Positions 36,860 through 50,317 of a stretch of 64,000 nucleotides of DNA are shown in pieces. The position numbers and the translations under genes were made by a program. The stretch lies in assembly GCA_002269645.1 (NCBI GenBank), contig NIVC01000663.1, positions 62,001-126,000 on the forward strand, given 5' to 3'. Below the pieces are notes generated by a model. That model did no database searches and was not told the origin of the DNA. It was given only the letters and a program-made list of their open reading frames with translations. How positions within the stretch are numbered: position 1 is the stretch's first letter; each line of letters begins with the position of its first letter. This DNA comes from Macrostomum lignano. Lineage: Eukaryota.

Positions 36860-39800
36860 TCAGGGTTGTTGCGATTGCCTAGGAAAGGTGGATGAAGCAT
36901 AGCGAGACATAACAGTAAGAATTTGTTACTAACCACCACAGGCCTTTTCTGCTAAATTCGTAAACTTTATAGCCTAAAGTTACAGCAAATTTTATGCACA
37001 GGGTCGCTTTTACAAGCTCGAAACTTCTCAAGCTCGAAACTTTCCAAGCTCGAATCTTCTCAAGCTCGAACTTTTAAAAGCTCGAAACTTCTCAAGCTTG
37101 AATCTTCGTAAGCTCAAATCTTCTCAAGCTCGAAACTTCTCAAGCTCGAAATTTTACAAGCTCGAAACTTCTTAAGCTCGAAATTTTACAAGCTCGAAAC
37201 TTCTCAAGCTTGAATCTCCGTAAGCTCAAATCTTCTCAAGCTCGAAACTTCTCAAGCTCGAAACTTCTCAAGCTCGAAACTTCTCAAGCTCGAAACTTCT
37301 CAAGCTCGAAACTTCTCAAGCTCGAAATTTTACAAGCTGGAAACCTCTCAAGCTCAAATCTTCTCTAGCTAGAAACTTCTCAAGCTCGAAACTTCTCAAG
37401 CTCGAAACTTCTCAAGCTCGAGACTTCTCAAGCTCGAAACTTCTCAAGCTCGAAATTTTACAAGCTCGAAACTTCTTAAGCTCGAAATTTTACAAGCTCG
37501 AAACTTCTTAAGCTCGAAATTTTACAAGCTCGAAATTTCTCAAGCTCGAAACTTCTCAAGCTCGAAATTTTACAAGCTCGAAACTTCTTAAGCTCGAAAT
37601 TTTACAAGCTCGAAACTTCTTAAGCTCGAAATTTTACAAGCTCGAAACTTCTCAAGCTCGAAACTTCTTAAGCTCGAAATTTTACCAGCTCGAAACTTCT
37701 CAAGCTCCAAACTCCAAAAGCTCGGAACCTCACTGTGATGACCTCAATTAGTTAAAATTATTATTTTGGTTATTTCGTCGTTCGCCTGCGCGTAACCTTT
37801 TCTTTGCTCACCAGGCTCAAGCCTTCTCGCTCTGTGCATAACTCGTACGCGATGGAACGTCCCCCCCCCGCAATCTGTGTGCAATTGCACGTTGCTCAAA
37901 ATCAAATATATAAACGCTGAGTAAGAGAATTATAATATAACAAGTCGACTGTTCTGCCAACCAAAGCTGAGTCTTTACACTCACTCACAAGCACGAAACT
38001 TGTTAAACTTCTTAAGGGACTCGTAGAAAACTTCTCAGCAAGCAAGCATACTGTTCGCCCATTCGATTCACAAGTTTTGTCCAACTAAATGTCTTCAAGT
38101 TAAAATCTACCAAGGGAATGGCAAGCAAGCAAAGTTCTGTTTTCGGTGTATTTTCATAAACACATGTTTACAGTTTTTTCTAATCTTTTAGTATCTTTTT
38201 TACAGACAATATCTACATATAAAAATAGGATTTCCCTAGAACAAAAGAGACATGGACGACAGGGACAGGCAAAAAGCCAGCCGGAGGATCTGCCCCCGCC
38301 CTCCAGGCACTTCGGTTCTTAAAACTTCTCATTCCTCCACCCCCCCCCCTGCAAAGCCCAAGGGTCTGGGGGCGGGAGAAGTGCATTCTATTTAAGTATA
38401 TTTGATTACTTAGCTACACGCACAAAAGTGACGAATCCAGGGTCCACACCTAGCTGTCTTCTTAGCTTCACCCTGTCTGCACCGGGCGCCTGTCTGCGTC
38501 CTGTTTTTCCCCTAATCTTAGCTGAACACAAATCGGCGACGGATTGAGCATGGCAAGAAATCAATAGCTGTTATAATCATAAAAAATGATCAGATTAAGC
38601 CGAATAGTATGGTTCCTACTTGTCTCTACCGTGTTAACAACTGTGTTTCAATTAAACAGTGGGTCTAAATTGATCAAATCTACAGTTAATCTGTTTTTAA
38701 GTGCAACAAGGAAAGCTTTTTCGCTGTATAAAAGATGGGTATAGTGATAGTTTAGGCCCTTTTGGCTCCTGGTTTTGCAGGGTCAGTCAGGGACAAGCTG
38801 TGCATGCGGCAGTTTTGCAGGGTCAGTCAGGGACAAGCTGTGCATGCGGCAGTTTTGCAGGGTCAGTCAGGGACAAGCTGTGCATGCGGCAGTTTTGCAG
38901 GGTCAGTCAGGGACAAGCTGTGCATGCGGCAGTTTTGCAGGGTCAGTCAGGGACAAGCTGTGCATGCGGCAGTTTTGCAGGGTCAGTCAGGGACAAGCTG
39001 TGCATGCGGCAGTTTTGCAGGGTCAGTCAGGGACAAGCTGTGCATGCGGCAGTTTTGCAGGGTCAGTCAGGGACAAGCTGTGCATGCGGCAGTTTTGCAG
39101 GGTCAGTCAGGGACAAGCTGTGCATGCGGCAGTTTTGCAGGGTCAGTCAGGGACAAGCTGTGCATGCGGCAGTTTTGCAGGGTCAGTCAGGGACAAGCTG
39201 TGCATGCGGCAGTTTTGCAGGGTCAGTCAGGGTCAAGCTGTGCATGCGGCAGTTTTGCAGGGTCAGTCAGGGACAAGCTGTGCATGCGGCAGTTTTGCAG
39301 GGTCAGTCAGGGACAAGCTGTGCATGCGGCAGTTTTGCAGGGTCAGTCAGGGTCAAGCTGTGCATGCGGCAGTTTTGCAGGGTCAGTCAGGGACAAGCTG
39401 TGCATGCGGCAGTTTTGCAGGGTCAGTCAGGGTCAAGCTGTGCATGCGGCAGTTTTGCAGGGTCAGTCAGGGACAAGTTGTGCACGCGGCAGTTTTGCAG
39501 GGTCAGTCAGGGACAAGCTGTGCACGCGGCAGTTTTGCAGGGTCAGTCAGGATCAAGCTGTGCATGCGGCAGTTTGACTTTCTTTCAGCCAACTGTTACT
39601 TTGAGGGTGTAGCAATAGCCATTTAAGAGCCTAGACCATCCTATACAAAACTGGCAGCCCTTGTACGTCATAGTATTCATAATTAATTGCATTGGTAACA
39701 AGTAGTGCAAATTCACTCAACCCAACTGCACCAGAAATACACCAGTAAACAAATGTTAACAAGTGGCAAGTGTTCCAAAACAAATTTATCTTCATATAGC

Positions 39801-42093
39801 CAATAAAAATACCCTGCCAATGAAATACGAAACACCTTGGGAAGTCGGAAAAAAACATATAAAACAATTATTAACAACAGTTGTAACAATTCTTACCAGG
39901 CGTAGTCCAGGGTTCATCTTGAAACAAAATTATAGATAAAGCAATATATAGTACGTAGAGTTCGACTTCAGCACAAAGGGGAGCTAGAGAATGGGAGACT
40001 GGGATATCTTAATTAAGCTTCAGGGTTCGAACTCGGGATGCCAGATTGCAGCCCCAGGGTGACAGCTGGTATCAATCAAAAAGTTCTAAAATCAAATAAA
40101 ATACTCGTACCAAAATCTCTAAGGACTCTACCCTACCCTTAACACTTCTGAGCCTCTCTGACCCGCAGAAGTTGCGCAAGTCTATAATTATTGCACAATA
40201 GAAATAGAAAACTCACGTCTCTAAAGTCGGCCTCCTCAGGCGACATAAACTGGCGCACATTCGGCGTACTGATGCACCGATTCAAATCCTTGGCAGACGG
40301 AGCCGACAGCATCGGCGGCGCGGGCTGATAGTCGCCCAAGGGCGAGGAGGCGTCGCCGCCGCCGATGCTGCCGCTGCTGCCGCCCATGCCGCCGCCGCCG
40401 CCGCCAGTCTGGTAGCGCGACAAACTCGACGGCGGCAACTGGGGCCGAGAGCCTTTGGGCTTCCGGCGGAAGCTCAGCTTGCGAATGCGAGGCAGGGATC
40501 TAAGAGCGCGGCGGGAGGGCGGCGGAAAATGTTGGGTCGTGAAAAAGGTCGTTTTTTAAGGAAAATAGGATTTTTCTGAGTTTGTTTTGTCGAATTTTTC
40601 CCAATATTTTCCTTGCTAGTCTTAGTGGAGCTTTATCCACACGGCTTTTCTAATCAGTTTTCCCTACTGGTTCATCCCTACCGGTTTATCCCTACCGGTT
40701 CATCCCTACCGGTTCATCCCCTACCGGTTCATCCCTACCGGTTTATCCCTACCGGTTTATCCCTACCGGTTCATCCCTACCGGTACATCCCTACCGGTTC
40801 ATCCCCTACCGGTTCATCCCCTACCGGTTCATCCCTACCGGTTTATCCCTACCGGTTCATCCCTACCGGTTCATCCCTACCGGTACATCCCTACCGGTAC
40901 ATCCCTACCGGTTCATCCCTACCGGTTCATGCCTACCGGTTTATCCCTACCGGTTCATCCCCTACCGGTTCATCCCCTACCGGTTTATCCCCTACCGGTT
41001 TATCCCCTACAGGTTCATCCCTACCGGTTCATCCCTACCGGTTCATCCCTACCGGTTCATCCCCTACCGGTTCATCCCCTACCGGTTTATCCCCTACCGG
41101 TTTATCCCCTACAGGTTCATCCCTACCGGTTCATCCCCTACCGGTTCATCCCTACCGGTTCATCCCCTACCGGTTCATCTCTACCGGTTCATCCCCTACC
41201 GGTTCATCCCCTACCGGTTCATCCCCTACCGGTTCATCCCCTACCGGTTCATCCCTACCGGTTTTTCCCTACCGGTTCATCCCCTACCGGTTTATCCCCT
41301 ACAGGTTCATCCCTACCGGTTCATCCCTACCGGTTCATCCCCTACCGGTTCATCCCCTACCGGTTTATCCCCTACCGGTTTATCCCCTACAGGTTCATCC
41401 CCTACCGGTTCATCCCCTACCGGTTCATCCCCTACCGGTTCATCTCTACCGGTTCATTCCGACTGGTTTATCCCTACCAGCTTTCCCCAGCGATTTTCCC
41501 CGGCAACCATCAGCAAACTGAGCCACTCACAATCCGTCCAGCTTCGACCAGGAAAACTCTCGCCTAGGCGGCGCCGTCGCCGACATTAACTCTGGCGCCG
41601 CGGCGGACGCCGAGCAAACGGCGCCTACGTCGCAGCAGCGCTGATGAAATCGGGCCTGACAAGTCAAACAGTGATAGCCGCGAATCAAGAGCCTTGAGCA
41701 CTTGGAACAATACACAATAGTGAAGAATGTCTTGTGCTGCAGGTTGTGCGTCGAGCGAAGCCTACACGGCGCGGACGAGCTGCTGACGGTGGTCTCAACT
41801 AGGAGCTCGCAGCCTAGCTTAGCCAGCTCGGCAGCGTCGGCGTCCCAGCTGATTGGCGGACCGCGCGGCTCCGTCAACGCGTAGACGGTGCAGTCGGCCA
41901 CGCGTAGGCTCCGGGTAGTGAGCTTCCGTTCCAGCAGGTCGCGCAGGCTGGCGCCAGGCCGGACTGTCACGGTGGTGCGCTGGTTGCGGGGCAGCCGGGC
42001 TCGGAGCATCAGCTCACCGGCTGCTGGCAACGACGACGACGACGGCGAAGAGATCGGCGACGGGCTAGCTAAAGCTGGGCGTTGCTCCGTCAT
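34117..42093 (-). CDS. RAF: Raf serine/threonine kinase, 6 coding exons (42093-41531, 40499-40217, 36878-36206, 35470-35355, 35123-34854, 34221-34117), about 669 aa
   Basis: Ras-binding domain, C1 zinc finger (H...CSKC...CLTC...HQRC), CR2 motif [47 protein letters not shown] and C-terminal HRSNSEP. All junctions are GT-AG and in phase. Confidence 0.95.
34545..34835. repeat. (GACA)n-based microsatellite, Raf intron 5
   Basis: Directly visible. Confidence 0.92.
35705..36190. repeat. About 38-47-bp minisatellite (GGACACGGGTATCAAGGATCCAGTGACCTTAG core), Raf intron 3
   Basis: Directly visible; alternating unit types. Confidence 0.92.
37010..37725. repeat. 16-bp minisatellite (AAGCTCGAAACTTCTC), Raf intron 2
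   Basis: Directly visible. Confidence 0.95.
38772..39574. repeat. Near-perfect 40-bp minisatellite (TTTTGCAGGGTCAGTCAGGGACAAGCTGTGCATGCGGCAG), about 20 copies, Raf intron 2
   Basis: Directly visible. Confidence 0.98.
40665..41480. repeat. 13-15-bp minisatellite (CCCTACCGGTTCAT), Raf intron 1
   Basis: Directly visible. Confidence 0.96.
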
Positions 42094-42224
42094 GACCCGC
42101 TGCCGTTGAAGGTAATCAGCTTGGCCGTCGCCGCAATCGACAACTTCCTGTTTAAATAAATGACAGGAAATGGCAGGGCTATGGTTATCGAAGCCTTTCA
42201 GTGGGCTATAGTGGAGTGCGAAGT

Positions 42225-42510
42225 TTGAGGATGTGAAGGTTGGGGATATGAAGGTTTGGGATATGGGTCTTAGGGTGGGAAGTTTGGGATGTGAAGCTTG
42301 GGGATATGAAGGTTTGGGATATGGGTCTTAGGGTGGGAAGTTTGGGATGTGAAGCTTGGGGATATGAAGGTTTGGGATATGGGTCTTAGGGTGGGAAGTT
42401 TGGGATGTGAAGTTTGGGGATGTGAAGTTTGGGGGTATGAATTTTGGGGATGTGAAGTTTGGGATGTGAATTATGGGAATGTGAAGTTTGGGGATGTGAA
42501 GTTTGGGCTG
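42225..42510. repeat. Degenerate G/T-rich minisatellite (GAAGTTTGGGATGT core)
   Basis: Directly visible. Confidence 0.85.
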
Positions 42511-44879
42511 TGAATATAAAGTTTGGGAGATTAATATAAATTTTGTGGATTTGAACTTTGGGGGGTGTAAAGCTTGGTGATATGAAATTTAAGAGATGTG
42601 AAACGCCACCTTTTGACCAATAGTCTCCACTTGGATCCAATGTAGCATTCATATTCTTGCAAGAGATAAAGACAGATTAATGCTTCAGAGCTGCATTCAG
42701 TATGCAAATATTTAGCATAGCTAGATAAAATTCCAAGTAAGTGCTCATAATTTACATACCTCAGCATACACGTCTGGCACTTTTGAATCATCTGCTTTGA
42801 ATATTAGCACCAAGCTGCTGCCATTGCTAGGGTAGGTCATGTAGAGCAAGGTAATCGACCCTGCAAATTATTTTTTATTATAGCCTCTACTGAGAATTAT
42901 ATTGATTTGTATTTCTAGCTATCCTATTTAAGATAGTAGAAGATTTTAACATATGATTTTGTTACATAAAACTCTGTTTCTCATTTGAAACTATCGCTAA
43001 TACAAGAGACTTAACATAGTTGTATTGGTACAACTTCTATTAGAATTGTATATGCAAAAAATAATAAGCTTATAAAAATAGAATTTTAATAGATTAGACA
43101 TGACTTTAAATATATTTTTCAGGACAGATATATTATGATTTCAAGTTTAGTTTTTGTTACTATTGAAAATATGAGCAATAAAAATAAATAATCATATATT
43201 AATTTTCAAAGCCTTATACCCTTCTTTGCAGTTCAAATAGTTCCTTTTTATTTTATTTTGAATATAAATGGATCTTTTAATATTCTAGTCAACAAAGCTA
43301 AGCCATGCGATTCTTCATCTGGGTCATATCCTTTATTGAAATTGTTACATTATCAGACTGTTATTGATCAAACATCTATTATGTCAATTGACCAATAAAG
43401 TTATTGATATAAAATAGGGGTTAGCAACCTTTTTCTTACACCCTTAACACCCTTTATCTTATATCTATTAAGTTGGATATATATACAAAGCGGAACATTA
43501 ATAATTAATAAATTTCTGTCTACTTATACAAATCCCTTGTAAACATTATAATGCAACATCTATACTTATGTTTTATATTAGAAAGCAAAGAAAGCAAGGT
43601 AGAGAGCAAGGTAGATGCTGCAAAAGCTACAATGAAGGCTATAGCAAAAGCTACAACAGACTACAATAGAGGCTATTACAAAGATTACAGTAGAGGCTAT
43701 TGCAGAGACTATGACAAAGGCTATGGCAGAGACTACAGTGGAGGCTACAGTGAAGGCTATTGCAAACTACACTAGAAGCTATGATGGAGACTACAGTAGA
43801 GACTATGATAGAAACTACAATAAAGGCAACTACAATAGAAACTACAAAACTACAATACAAACTACTATTTCAAAAACTATAGTGGAGGCTATAGTAGAGA
43901 CTACAATAGAAGCTACAGTGGTAGTGCAAAGCAAAGCAGAGTCACTAAGTATAGTGGCAAAGGTGACTACTATTGGAATAGCTCTAGCCTAGATGCTTCC
44001 AGCTAGTTTGGCACCATTGGTACCATCTAGAGCTACTAGTACCAAGGAATCGGGTAAATTGCCAAGATGTGCCCAACTGGTATAAAATGGTTGAAATGGA
44101 TAAGTATAACAAATGCCTTCATATAACTTTTATATTTTAGTTTTAACAAATTTTTTCCAAGGCAACCTCCCAAACTTACTCTACTACATATAGCTTTAAA
44201 TGATAAGCAATAGCCTACTGCAATAGCTTTATGGCAAAGGTTACTGTGATCCTAGAAAGGCTCTACCTTGGCAAACATAGCTCTCTACCTGACCTCACCA
44301 TTGCCACGGATAGTCAGCACAATATTGGCCCTGAGCACTAGACTAATATATTCAGATAATTTCATTGCTACCAAATATTGGGACCTTAGTCTTGACCATT
44401 AGAGGTTTAATACTAAGATTAGCTTCTACTAGGTCCTAGCCCCTTGCATTATTGCAAGGTCCCCAGTAAAAAGGTAGTGGATCAGGTTATTAGCAGAGCC
44501 TTTGATTAGAGATAGACCCCTATCTAATTCAATACTGTTAAGGTAGCTATCCTTCACTGTAGGTGCAAGCTCAATATTAGTGCCATGGGCATAGCCTAGC
44601 CTTTACCAAAAGAGCTATCATAACATGAGCAAATGATTATCAACTAGCTCCATATAGGAGCCAATATATCAACCATAGTACATATCACCATATAGGTATT
44701 AATGTGTCTATCCTCTGTCCTGACTGGGGCATAGAAAATATTGTTGACTATGTTTTTTTACTATCTCCAAGGTAATGGCTAAAGGGCTATTATAGTTACA
44801 ATTTTATTTAAAAGTGCCTTTTTATAAGTCTTCAAGCATTAGGCATATATATAGACCTATTTAATATATCATTTATATG

Positions 44880-45608
44880 CAGTGTTTGGCACCATTAATA
44901 AAAATCTTAACTTCTGTTAATGGCAAAAGCATTAGCATTAAAAAATCTTAACTTTTTAACTCTTCATTTTGTTAAGTTAACTGAAAATTAATTGATAATT
45001 GTTAATAAGTGTTAAACCATTAAAGTTAACACTGAAAATATAGAAATCTTGCACTTTTTTTCCAAAATAGACTTTATAATATATTGCTTTTGCTTTTCCT
45101 TCTTTTTAGTAAAACACAGAGGTCATCTAAGCGATTTACAAGCTAAAAAATAACAGTAAAATTAATAGTAAAACTTGTAAGCATAACACTACCATTGTAC
45201 TAAAAGTAAGCATATAGTAAACTAAGTAACTTATTTATTTGACACTTGAAAGCTAATAAGTTAGTAATAAAATATAAATAAAAAGGTTGTTTCAGTAGCA
45301 TTAGCAGGTGCAGTATAAAGTTAAAAAAGATTGGGAAAGAAGTGAATCAAAGTGATAGATACTTAGGCGCAAGCATTCAAGCAATAAAGTTCATAATTAT
45401 AATTTATTATTAAAGTTCATTAGTAAGTTGTTACATCTGCATGATCATTGTCATAAACAAAGAGATTAATTAAGCATTTAGTAAATTTGAATACATTTGT
45501 AATGTTATAACTTCTCACTAGACTTGTCTTAACAGCAGTCCATTAATGTTAATAAAAAATCTTAATGCTTATTAATAGATTAACACTTATTAATGGTGCC
45601 CAACACTG
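44880..45608. mobile_element. Old hAT-like MITE, 729 bp
   Basis: 22-bp TIRs CAGTGTTTGGCACCATTAATAA / TTATTAATGGTGCCCAACACTG (1 mismatch). 8-bp flanks TTTATATG / TTTATAGG match at 7/8. Confidence 0.72.
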
Positions 45609-46323
45609 TTTATAGGTACATTGATTTTGCATTTTAATCTCTAATAATTATAGGCTAGTTTTGGGTTGCATATAATACAAACATAATAGTTCAAACTAAA
45701 AATCATTTTAAATTTTAATATAAACTTTTTTCTATTGCCAGTATTGGTCTTACTCTTAGTCAAAGTACATTGTATAAATTCTCATATAGGCCCTACCTAA
45801 TGGCTATGCTGTTGTGTAAGCACTTAACAATTAACAGTTGGAATTATTATAAAAAAATTTATATCCATTGGACCATTTGTACATTAGTGGCAAACTTGAT
45901 ACAAAACTTTTCAAATTAGGCCTTTAGGCTGCTAAACCAAATGCTGACAATCAAGATGCCAAACTCTTGTACAAGTAGGCTGGGCCTAAGGCTAACTCAT
46001 GTTAAAAACTATGCCATAAGGCATAACTCACATATAACAAGCTGAGCTAAACATTGTATCACAATCACAATTATTGTTTTGATCACTGCTTTTATCATAC
46101 TTTTAATTTGGTTTTTTATTTAAACTACAGCAACAGTAAGTAATTCAGTCATTTTGTTTTCATAAAATTATCAAGATTTAAACTGCTTTATATACTGTAC
46201 TTGTATTAGGGCCTAATGGCCCAGTAGCCTAGTAGCCTATAGTACAGAGCCTAACTCTCAACGCTATACCTATAATTCACATGCTAGAATTTAAAAAATT
46301 TCGCTATATGGATAATTTGGGTG

Positions 46324-49300
46324 CCCGCTGGGAAAAATGTTGGTGGATGCGCCGGGTTGAGCGGCTCAGTCTGCGCCAGGTTAGCGCCACGACGACCAAC
46401 CAATCGGAAGCCGTTAAGAACTCGGCACCAACTTGGCAACGCGGCGCCGACGTGGCATAAAGTGACCCAGAATTTTGCACGCGCACAGAAAGCAGTTCAG
46501 CATACTATTCAAACTACTGAACGTCAGTAGCAAGTATGAAATTTGTACTACTATAAATTTAGTTGCATAGATTTTTTTCCAAACTAAATGATTTTCCCTT
46601 GTATGTGTACACAAACACGACTTGATTACGCGCTCAGTTTATAATTTGCATCATGTACATAGGCAGGCGCTATAAATTAGAGATAATTAACGTCTCCTTC
46701 CGTCTAAAAAGACAAACAATGCAATGCAAGATCACTGTTAATAAAATAGCAGTAGCATTTTCATAATTTTGCGTAATTTTTTGTTATGTAACGGCAAAAG
46801 AAATCGTTTTATATTTTTGTGGTGCGCATGTAAATTACGCACATCTTAAAACCTTTTCAAAAAGTATACACGAGCATACATTGATTGCAAAGAGGAGATA
46901 CATGCGAACTTGTACTTTCAAGACAATGTGAAAAAATTTTCTGGATCTACAGCTAGTATACTTTCACAATGGATACGCGCTTTGCTTAATCAGCTGAAAA
47001 CCTTGTGGAGGGTGGCTCTAGAAACAGTGGCCACTTGTGAAGAGGATTTTTAAAATTCAATAAACATTGACGTAACTATTGCAATATAACTCTACATGTA
47101 TGAGAATGGCTGTAAACGCAACATTTACAAAATGTGTGAAACGCAAGAAAAAATCCCTGATTGTGCTCTCAGTTTATCTGGCTTCCCTATTTTTTCTATT
47201 GCTTTTTACTTTCACAGACTTTCACTGACCGCGGTCACCATGTGAACAGCAGTTATGTATATGTAAAGAAGCAAACATGAAGAACAAAAGAAAAAACAGA
47301 AAAAAACAAAACAAAAAAGCAATTAGTGCGTGGCTGCAAACAGCACTAAATTCGTGATAACTTAACGATAAGAGGCAAAAAGTTGTTAGTAAAAAATCAA
47401 TTGTCTCACAATTCTATCATATTGATAAGTTCTCCATCGATTTGGCTGAAGCACGTCGTGAAGCTGTCGTTTGTTGGCGTTGGGGAAATGTTGCCCATTT
47501 GTGTATGCAGCAGTCGAGGATGTTTGGGCTTTGTCGACTCGCAGTAGTTGGCCTGGGCCATCGAGGATGCTGCAGCAGAAGCTGACGATGCAGCTGCAGC
47601 AGAAGCTGACGATGCAGCTGCAGCAGAAGCTGACGATGCAGCTGCAGCAGAAGCTGACGATGCAGCTGCAGCAGAAGCTGAGGATGCAGCTGCAGCAGAA
47701 GCTGAGGATGTAGGTATAGCAGAAACTGCCTGCAGCCGTATCGTTCGACTTCTCGCCTTGCGATCGTATCGGAGAACTTTTCTCACCGCCCTGAATCCGT
47801 CGGCCAGGGTGACCCCATCCAGCTGCTTGATAACGAATGCAGCAATCGCCGTAGCTCTAGGGTCGTATGCCCTGTCAGCGATGACATCCTCGAGGCGCGG
47901 ACTCCTGCCGGGGTTTCCACCTGAAGGTTGATTTTAAGTTTATGAAATGCATTTCTTTGTTTGGTTTCTAGGGAAAGGTGGGATGATAATTTTGGCAAGG
48001 ATGGTTGTAGGAATTGCAGTGTGAAATAAAAAATGTGCATGTACGCTCGTAAACTTTTTGTTGAATATATCGTTTGACACTTAACTTTACAAACAGGAAG
48101 CAATGACTTAGTCTGGCGCTCTTCTACTGGGACAAGAGCATCTAAAAGCGATCGCGTCAATGCGTCTAACGCCTTAGCAACCGGCATCCCGACGACTTTT
48201 GCAGTTGCCGCGGTCAGTAGACTGCACTGAATTCTGATCGCCGGGAGATGGTCGCTTAAAGCAATGGTGTTGGCCTCGGTGGTGCATACAGCCTCGTTCA
48301 CGGCGTCGTTTCTGTTGCCGTCCAATGGGCTACGTTGCAGGTCAATGGCACCTGATATTGTAGCCTGAGCTGACGAGCCTGATCTGACAGCGTTCCAGAT
48401 GTCATCGACCTTGCCCAGGAGATTGTGCCTGCTTATTTCTTCGAGCACGCTGAGCTCCCTGCGCATCTCTCTGTGGCACTCGTCGAGTTCGGTCTGTAGC
48501 TGCTTCACCTCCGCGTCCAACACTTGGCACCTCCTGCACTGTTGTGGCAGAGGCACCTGTCTTGTAGGCTGGCCGGCATTGCTGCTCGTTCTGCAAACCT
48601 GATTATATGAACGTAGGAGCAATGCATATTATAATTATATAATGCAATTATAATATCCATATATGAATACATGCATTGTAATGTCAACATCATTTAACAG
48701 AAGCTTCTCACCTTGCTTATAGTGCTGGCCACGGAGCTTGCCAACTCAGTTGTCGGAAGCGCCTCGGTAAGCACCATGCACTGGTGCAGTTTGTCTCCAG
48801 TAGCTGACTCTCTTGTCAGTTGGAACTGACCGTCCATGAAACATTATCTGGCGGTAGTATGTGACATTTCATACATTAATATAGTGAATAAATCAAACTT
48901 GTGTTTCAATATAAAATTGTAGCAAATGAATAGTATACATCTAAAGGAAATAATTGGTTGTACAATGTTTGCATCTGATGAATTTGTTTATTATATTAAA
49001 TTATATATTTAGCAAAAAAATTTTTGCAAAAAATAAAGAGGAAGCACAACTTGACAATGAACATATAATCAGACAGACAGAAACATGTTAAACTTCTAAA
49101 CATGTTAAGCCATTACTTTTAGCATTTAAAATACATTAAGAAAAGTATTAAAAATTTCATAAAGCTAATTTGAATTCATCAATAAATACCAACACTTCAT
49201 TGTAAATATCGACATATAGCAAAGAACAAGATTAGGCAAACTAGTATAGCTTTAATTAAAGTGTCCTAATGTGTCTAAAGTATTTGCAATACAATAAGCA

Positions 49301-50317
49301 ATGCAATACATAATTATTGCATATCTAATAGCAACTTCTCAGCAACACTACATAATAGTAAATCCAAATATATAAATACTAATACTAATAATAATAGGCC
49401 CCAATTTAATATTAGTAGTAAATTAGTACTAATAATACATATATATGTATATATACCACAATTATCATCGATATAGTTTTTCATTTCCATTTCATTTTCA
49501 CTTTTTAGGTTCAAATTACTTTTTATCTTTTTGCAACACTGAATTATATTCGAGTATCTAAACATTTGGGGCCTACACTTTAAATCTACTCTGGTTTATA
49601 TTTTCAAAATTTAAAAGCATATCAAATACATTAGGTTCACACACATGACATAGAATAAACAGCTCCAATGATCTATCCCAGTAATGAAATTAAATTACTC
49701 TGTCTAGAGGTTATAAGGAACAATCAGCTTTGCAATTATACTTAAATGCAATGTTATATTTGCATCTTGAGACAAAGCTAACAGACTTAAGATGTATTTT
49801 ATATGCATAGGGTCTTTAGGTCAGCTTTGCGAATAAGATAATGATGTGAACAATAAATAATGTATTATATATACATAAAAGTAGACAGTATAGACAAAAA
49901 TGGTGCTTTTCAGTTTTCATGAATTGTCAAATTACGTATTTCACAACAAAATTATGTATGGAATTACACTCTTCAAGTAATCAAAGCTTAATTTAAGTTA
50001 GCTATAAAATATTCATTGATCATTCGGATCGCAAATCGCGCGCGCGCGTTAATCACTTGCACGATTAAGTTTTTTAAAAAATTCACCGATCTCAGTAACT
50101 GGATAATTATTTGATTTTACCTATTGGAAGGTAAAATGTAATAAACATCTTTATTTACTTATAACTGTTACAGAACAATAAATTACTTTCATAAAAGCAT
50201 ACCACTAAAACTTTGTTTTTTTTACATACGAACAACCCATGGCCCAAGTTGGTGACAAATGCGCCAGGTTACTTGGCTCTTCGACCTGGCGCAGTAAGTC
50301 AGTTTTTTCCCAGCGGG
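46324..50317. mobile_element. CMC/EnSpm (CACTA)-like DNA transposon, 3994 bp, no transposase seen
   Basis: 14-bp perfect TIR CCCGCTGGGAAAAA and 2-bp TSD TG (46322-46323, 50318-50319). Subterminal motifs CTGCGCCAGGT and CACCAACTTGG occur at both ends in inverted orientation. Confidence 0.85.
47406..48837 (-). CDS. Transposon-borne spliced gene, 3 exons (48837-48712, 48598-48091, 47920-47406), about 382 aa: coiled coil + BEN/DUF4806-like helical domain + Ala/Ser repeat tail
   Basis: The junctions AAG|gtgaga..cag|GTT (phase 0) and TTT|gtaaag..ttcag|GT (phase 1) give one uninterrupted frame. CRRCQVLDAEVKQLQTELDECHREMRRELSVLEEI is coiled-coil-like. LTRSLLDALVPVEERQTKSLL...GFRAVRKVLRYDRKAR resembles the BEN fold by eye only. 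Confidence 0.68.

Noticed and set aside
30749-41567. Long repetitive ORFs over the 20-, 28-, 40- and 14-bp arrays
   Set aside because: Same artefact; they lie in introns or spacers of well-supported genes.
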